Shown: piece by piece, positions 58,620-64,000 of the stretch
How positions within the stretch are numbered: the stretch's first letter is position 1
Layout of the letters: each line of letters starts with the position of its first letter
Assembly (NCBI GenBank): GCA_049512935.1
Contig: JBEKWR010000004.1
Coordinates: forward strand, 1-64,000
Reading direction: 5' to 3'
Source: Candidatus Bathyarchaeia archaeon
GTDB lineage: Archaea > Thermoproteota > Bathyarchaeia > Bathyarchaeales > Bathycorpusculaceae
Length of the DNA stretch: 64,000 bases
Position numbers and translations under genes: made by a program
Notes under the pieces: model-generated
The model's input: the letters and a program-made list of their open reading frames with translations, nothing else
Database searches by the model: none
Told to the model about the DNA's origin: nothing

Positions 58620-59613
58620 AAGTTTCCTCTATGCCTCTGCCGAACTTCGCGAACTGGGCAAGCAACGCGCTCAGCTGGATGTCGCTGTTTGCGCCCTGAG
58701 TTAATCGGTAATCGTACTCGCCGATCAGGTTTGAAAGCTCCGCCTTTTGCTCGGGCGTCAAGTCTGACATCTTGAAGATTTCCCGCTGGATTTGCCGTAT
58801 TATTTCGGATCCTGAGAAGCCGTATGAACCCATTATCTCGTACATCTTTTTTCTTGCCTCCATGAAGTCGCCGAACAACGCTTTCCTAATCATCTGTTGC
58901 ACCTGCATGGGGCTGGCTTCCCCTATTACCAGCAGAACCGTTTTCTCGTCAACCAACCCTTCCTTGTAGGCTGAAGCCGTCTGTAAAGCGTTGATGGCGT
59001 GTCTCAAGTCGCCTTCAGCGTAATCCACTAATCTCTCAGCCGCTGCCTGCTCCAGCCTAACGTTCTCCTGCTTGGACATCCACTGAAGATGATCAATCAT
59101 CGCTTGCCTGTCAAGCCTTGAAAAGCGGTAGATGGCGCATCGGCTCTGAATCGGCTCAATTATCTTGCTTGACTGGTTACAAATCAAAATGAACCTTGAT
59201 GTGCGGGAACCCGTTTCCATTATCCTTCTCAACGCTGTCTGTGCGGGGCCCGTCATTTGGTCGCACTCGTCTAGAACAATCAGGGAGAAGGGCACGTTTT
59301 CGAAGCCTGCGCGGCTGTAACGTGAGAAGTCTTTTATTCTTTCGCGGACGGTGTCGATGCCTCTTTCGTCGGACGCGTTTAGCTCCAACGTGAAGTTTTT
59401 CCAGTTTGCGCCGAAAAGCTCATGTGCGATGCATAGGGCGAGCGTGGTTTTTCCCGTGCCTGGTATGCCTGCGAACATCAGGTGCGGCATGGTTTTGGGG
59501 TTTTTCATGAAGGCTTTGAGGCTTTCGACGATGTCGCGTAAGTCTACGACTTCGTTGAGGTTTTTCGGTCGGTACTTTTCGACCCACATAAGTGCTTCTT
59601 CGTTAGCTGCCAT
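58609..59613 (-). CDS. rfcS: Replication factor C small subunit
   Basis: WVEKYRP, ELNASDERGID, AQ.ALRR.ME, PIQSRC. Confidence 0.95.
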   Translation of the reverse strand: MAANEEALMWVEKYRPKNLNEVVDLRDIVESLKAFMKNPKTMPHLMFAGIPGTGKTTLALCIAHELFGANWKNFTLELNASDERGIDTVRERIKDFSRYSRAGFENVPFSLIVLDECDQMTGPAQTALRRIMETGSRTSRFILICNQSSKIIEPIQSRCAIYRFSRLDRQAMIDHLQWMSKQENVRLEQAAAERLVDYAEGDLRHAINALQTASAYKEGLVDEKTVLLVIGEASPMQVQQMIRKALFGDFMEARKKMYEIMGSYGFSGSEIIRQIQREIFKMSDLTPEQKAELSNLIGEYDYRLTQGANSDIQLSALLAQFAKFGRGIEETYAK

Positions 59614-59748
59614 TAACTAAACACCTTTCACAACAAATTATCCAATAACGAGTTGGGATTTACCCATTTAAGTTTTCCCCAGTAGCCCATTTTTTTCTTC
59701 AGTTGGCTTTTGCTGTTTTGGTTTTTTTTGGGTTGGTTTTTGTTTGCA

Positions 59749-59928
59749 ATATTTTTTAAGTTGCGACTTTTGCTACGGTAAAGTTGCTACTTTCGCGGGT
59801 GGCAGGTTGCGTTCCCTGTTGCTTTTTTGGTTTGGGGTTTGAGGCTGTTTGAACGTTGCGACTTTGGGATGGGCGGAATGCGACTTTCAATGTTGACTCC
59901 ATGTAGGCGGCATTGTCGGATATGGGCG
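59749..59928 (-). repeat. Dispersed intergenic repeat, copy F (inverted homolog of copy E)
   Basis: The reverse complement contains GAAAGTCGCATTCCGCCCATCC, GCAACCTGCCACCCGCGAAAGT and GCAAAAGTCGCAACTTAAAAAA, as in copy E. Confidence 0.85.
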
Positions 59929-59952
59929 CTACGGGTTTTTCTGTGGATCAGG

Positions 59953-60045
59953 TTGCACCTTGCTGTCGCTGAAAGAGTGGGCGCACAAGAAACAGTCTCA
60001 AACGACAAAGACTTTGACAAGACAGAAATAAAAAGAACAATGTAA
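59953..60045 (+). pseudogene. C-terminal remnant of a PIN/VapC toxin gene
   Basis: LHLAVAERVGAQETVSNDKDFDKTEIKR matches the PIN C-terminal H.A.A...S.D.DFD motif. The 5' part is absent and repeat F lies there instead. Confidence 0.6.
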
Positions 60046-60336
60046 CCGAATCAAACTCAGATTGGTGGCGGGACTGCCCGTCCCCATACCCAAACGTGTT
60101 CAAAACCTTGAGCTATTAACAATAGGAGAGAGCGCGCGAGCATCAATTTACCAATAAAAACTGCTAGAAAAAGCCGTTGAATGCAAAGCACGCCTCACGA
60201 AGATCAAGCAATGAGGCAAAGATTTAGATGCCCTCCTTAACATTAGGTCAGCGCACAAATCGTCTATACACAAACAAATAAGAGGAATCAGTTCAGGGGG
60301 ATTCTTCGTGATAAAGATCTAGCGTGCGCTGGCATC

Positions 60337-61347
60337 TCAAAAAGTCTCCTTCTTTCCTGAAAGGAAGTCACAATTAATTGAAAAGCCTTTGTTAGCTGAA
60401 TCTATCATTGCTTCAGCGATTTTGACGGCTTCAACTGCTTCTTCTGGAGGAATCCTGTTTGGTTGTTCATTTTTCTCTATGCATCCGGCAAAGTACTCGA
60501 GTTCACTTCTCAGGGCACCACTGAGATTGTCATTGATATGTGCCTCCATGTGGAAGTCGAAGTAAGACATTTGTGAGTTTGACCATATTTCGATATCTGG
60601 AAAGTGCCTAACAAATGCTGTTTCGTTAGTTCCAATAATCTCAACTTCGTAATCATTTTTAAATGGAGAATTCTCGGGAAGATGAGAAACGTTTTCGAAG
60701 AAGCCTACTGCCCCAGTGTCTAAAACCAACATAGCCCATGTTGCGTCTGGCATCATTCGTCTAAGGAAAAATGATTGCCTAGCGTGGATTTTAACCACTT
60801 TTCCACCTATTAACCAGTTAAATAGGTCAATGTCATGTATCGTCGAACTAAGAAAAGGATGCACTTCTGAATACTTTTCAAAGGTTGAGGGCTTGTAATT
60901 TCTGCGTGCGTAGAAAGAAACAATTTCTCCAAAGGTGCCGGTTTCAATCTCTTGTTTGATTTGCGCATATCTATTATCAAATCTGAGGGTATGCCCTACC
61001 ATTAGCAAAAGACCACTTGTTTTCGAAAGCATAAGCAGTTCCTCAGCTTCTTTTGAAGAAACGGCAAGTGGTTTTTCCACGATAACATGTTTGCCCGCGG
61101 TCAAAGCCTCCTTTACTAGGGCATAATGGCTTTTTTCATTAACAACAATATCCACTGCTTGAATGTTACTTTTCTGTAAAATCTCCTTATAATCGGTGTA
61201 CTTCTCTATTTCCTCTTTTTCAAAAGCGTCGAGTTTTGATTTATCAGAATCGCATACTGCGTAGAGGTCGACTCCTCGCATATTCAAAAAATTATTCGCA
61301 TGTAACTTACCAAAGTTGCCTAAACCAATCACGGCAATTTTTATCAA
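60337..61347 (-). CDS. Gfo/Idh/MocA oxidoreductase
   Basis: IGLGNFGKLH, HVIVEKPLA, GHTLRF, IHDIDL. Confidence 0.88.
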   Translation of the reverse strand: MIKIAVIGLGNFGKLHANNFLNMRGVDLYAVCDSDKSKLDAFEKEEIEKYTDYKEILQKSNIQAVDIVVNEKSHYALVKEALTAGKHVIVEKPLAVSSKEAEELLMLSKTSGLLLMVGHTLRFDNRYAQIKQEIETGTFGEIVSFYARRNYKPSTFEKYSEVHPFLSSTIHDIDLFNWLIGGKVVKIHARQSFFLRRMMPDATWAMLVLDTGAVGFFENVSHLPENSPFKNDYEVEIIGTNETAFVRHFPDIEIWSNSQMSYFDFHMEAHINDNLSGALRSELEYFAGCIEKNEQPNRIPPEEAVEAVKIAEAMIDSANKGFSINCDFLSGKKETF

Positions 61348-61686
61348 TTAGGTCCCTTTACTGCAAACGTTCGTTTCCTAATAAATATCTTTACGCAGCT
61401 GGAAGTTAGGATAGTTTGAACTTCATGAATAACAAAAACATAAAGTCTATTTTAATGGATTTTCAGGTTTATGTTTTTGACTAAACCGTATGACTTTTGA
61501 AATCGACTTTGAGAGGCAATAGACAACTTATACAGTGTCTTTTTGCTCAAACTTGCTAAACATATGTATTTTTGCAAACTTTTGACAATCTGAAGTTGCT
61601 AACCCCATGCGTACACTTTTCAATATCGCTGAACTTGAGAAAAGCTCAAATTGACTTTTCGAGAATTAGTTAATTACTCTTGATTC

Positions 61687-62553
61687 TTATACTATTGAAA
61701 TAAGGGCTAAACCCGCTAAAATAGCAACTACTCCAATTTTTTGATTGTTCACCACTCTCTCTTTCAGAAATAAATATGCAAGCAAAATTGTTACAGCCGG
61801 ATACGTAGCTGCCACAGGACTTACTATGGATACAAATTCTGTCGTTATTCCAACATTATAAGCTGCGAATCCAAAAGTGTCAAGAGCACTGACAATGATT
61901 AAGAACAGAAATACCAGTTTCGTCGGGCGTGAAATTTTTTTTCCTGAAAATCCAACCCACGAAAACAAACTTAGTGTCCCTACAGCCCGAAGAAGGAATA
62001 GCGCCATAATTGGTCCAGCTGTACTGACTACAGGTTTAATTACTGCGTAGGCAATTCCCCAGGCAATCATCGATATTATGCCATCCATAATCCCGTTGTA
62101 CCTCACATGTTTTATGCTCTTTTTTAACTCGGCTAAATTTGTGGATGTAAGAAAGACGCCAACAAAAATAACTATGATGCCGATGATTTGTAACAACGTT
62201 AGTTCTTCTTTAAAAAGAAAAATTGCTAACAATGTTGTTATGACTGCCCAACTTGCAGAAATAGGAGAAACAACCGATACTTTGCCTTTTTGAAACCCCC
62301 TGTATAAAAAAATATAGCCGATAATTCCTAAAACGCCTGCGACCACTGTGATCGACACTAAACCAATTGTTATTGGTGGTATTTTGGAAAATAAAACTGC
62401 AAAAACGAGAATTGGCCCTAAGGAAGCGGACAGATTAAACACGAGGGTGGTAGTGCAACCTATTTTGTCAATTACTTTCTTCGCAAAAAAATCAGCTGTT
62501 CCCCAACTCAGCATAGAGACAATTGCGAACAGAATCCCTATCTCTAAAGTCAA
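61687..62553 (-). CDS. EamA/DMT-family transporter
   Basis: Ten TM helices in two repeats (VS.VSP....P..T.LLA..FLKE). Confidence 0.9.
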   Translation of the reverse strand: MTLEIGILFAIVSMLSWGTADFFAKKVIDKIGCTTTLVFNLSASLGPILVFAVLFSKIPPITIGLVSITVVAGVLGIIGYIFLYRGFQKGKVSVVSPISASWAVITTLLAIFLFKEELTLLQIIGIIVIFVGVFLTSTNLAELKKSIKHVRYNGIMDGIISMIAWGIAYAVIKPVVSTAGPIMALFLLRAVGTLSLFSWVGFSGKKISRPTKLVFLFLIIVSALDTFGFAAYNVGITTEFVSIVSPVAATYPAVTILLAYLFLKERVVNNQKIGVVAILAGLALISIV

Positions 62554-62799
62554 GTTTCAGTTGCACCTGTTCTAATCAACTATCAAATGATGGACTTTGA
62601 ATATAAATTCTGTTGATTCCTTTATCCCTGATACTTCCTCGCGCGCTAATTGTTAACAAGCTATGAAAAAGCTAGTGATCAGAATTTTTCGAAGGAGAAT
62701 GAGCACATCTGGGCAGAGCTGGTCTTACCAGATGACAGACGAATAGCAAAATGATAGAAATCTACGTGGGTTTTAAAAATTAACCAGAGTTATAGTAGA

Positions 62800-63843
62800 A
62801 TGAGGCTAATAATAACGGTTCAAATTCAAACGGTCAATGGTCCCTTAGATCCAACTTCCCTAGGAATCACTCTATCGCATGAACACGTCAATATAAATTT
62901 TGAATGTGCTTGGGTTCCTCCGCCTACTGGAAAAGAATATCTCAGAGATTTAGAAGTCACGATTGAACGGATGAATGAGATAAGAAATAACGCGCATTAT
63001 GTCAAATCTAACTTGATTTTGCACAACGAGATCGCTGCCATTAAAGAAATTAGTTATTTCAAAAAAGCAGGTGGAAATTCAATAATTTCCTTAACAAACG
63101 TGGGCCTTTACCCTGACCCCTTATTTCTGCAGGGCGTTTCCCAGTCAACGGGCATAAACATAATTGCTGGGTCTGGTTATTACAGGCGTATCTCACAAAA
63201 AAATTCAGTTGTTTCAAAAAAATCTGATCAAATTGCACGTGAAATTATCTACAGCATCTATACTGGAATTGGCAATACCAAAATTCGCGCCGGAATTATT
63301 GGTGAAATAGGCACTTCGAGTCCACTGCAACCCTTCGAAAAAGAATCTCTAATAGGAGCAGTAAAGGCTCAACAAGCGACCGGAGCAGCACTTAATATTC
63401 ATCCTGAAGTCTGGGGACATACACATCTTGATTTACTCGACATTGTTGAAGATGCAGGAGGCGATTTGACTCGAACAATTTTAAGTCATATGGATGAGCT
63501 TACCGATTCAAATTACCACCTTAAAGTGGCTGAACGTGGAGTTTATTTGAGCTTCGACACATTTGGCTCAGAGTTTGTTTGCGATGGTATCTCGGAGCCT
63601 AACGATGAAGATCGGATTAGTTGCTTGGTCGCATTGTTGAAAGCAGGTTACAAAGATAAAATCGTGCTATCTCACGATATCTGCTACAAGGTTCAGTTGA
63701 AGGAGTACGGAGGAAAAGGATATGACCATATTATCGTTAATATTATTCCTCGCCTCAAGAGAATGGGCGTTACTGACAATGAAATTCGCAGCATGATGGT
63801 TGATAATCCTAAGCGTATTTTAGCTTTTAAATTGCAACAATAG
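62800..63843 (+). CDS. Phosphotriesterase-family (PHP/PTE) amidohydrolase
   Basis: LGITLSHEH, AGIIGEIG, SHMD, SFDTFG, LSHDI.....L..YGG.GY. Confidence 0.9.
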   Translation: MRLIITVQIQTVNGPLDPTSLGITLSHEHVNINFECAWVPPPTGKEYLRDLEVTIERMNEIRNNAHYVKSNLILHNEIAAIKEISYFKKAGGNSIISLTNVGLYPDPLFLQGVSQSTGINIIAGSGYYRRISQKNSVVSKKSDQIAREIIYSIYTGIGNTKIRAGIIGEIGTSSPLQPFEKESLIGAVKAQQATGAALNIHPEVWGHTHLDLLDIVEDAGGDLTRTILSHMDELTDSNYHLKVAERGVYLSFDTFGSEFVCDGISEPNDEDRISCLVALLKAGYKDKIVLSHDICYKVQLKEYGGKGYDHIIVNIIPRLKRMGVTDNEIRSMMVDNPKRILAFKLQQ

Positions 63844-64000
63844 CAGTCCTCTCTTTTAACATCTCAATTGGTTCGCGGTGCTTTGGGAAGGCTTAAACAA
63901 CGGCATAGCTTGTGATTTTTGGCATAATTATCAAGCGAAATACCAACATAATTCTTAATTAGATTACAAAATCAAGAGATAATTGAACATACAGGAAAAA

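Noticed and set aside
60062-60085. TGGTGGCGGGA as a tRNA 3'-end att site at the island boundary
   Set aside because: Too short, with no adjacent T-loop (TTCRAA) sequence, so it cannot be supported.

Overview
Archaeal chromosome segment. The gene set (archaeal PCNA, primase, GINS, MCM, RFC, Rpo11/12, aIF2-alpha, Nop10, an archaeosortase) is TACK-like and probably Bathyarchaeia; the taxon is an inference. Most of the window is housekeeping: argS, a Met/Cys biosynthesis cluster, guaA, a sugar-nucleotide operon, tRNA-modification genes, and the replication/translation supercluster (csl4-rpoL-tfs-pcna-priL-priS-gins15-rpl44e-rps27e-aIF2a-nop10-PAC2, mcm-gins23, rfcS/L). The most striking accessory locus is at 6.0-12.4 kb. 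An HTH regulator gene is followed by five closely coupled, mostly unrelated membrane-protein genes that all begin with the same short peptide (RIRGW[LF]P[KEQ][ED], one copy degenerate). Several gene junctions reuse the same DNA sequence, and a palindromic operator is shared by the regulator's promoter and the neighbouring secreted-protein gene. This suggests a modular, cassette-expanded membrane sensor/anti-regulator system. Other observations: a dispersed intergenic repeat family with one shared core and different flanking boxes, two tiny toxin-antitoxin-like islets bracketed by tRNA copies or remnants, a candidate minus-strand structured ncRNA upstream of csl4, a UDP-sugar dehydrogenase homolog that looks catalytically dead, and an AT-richer accessory region from about 60.3 kb. 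All calls were made by eye, with no database searches.
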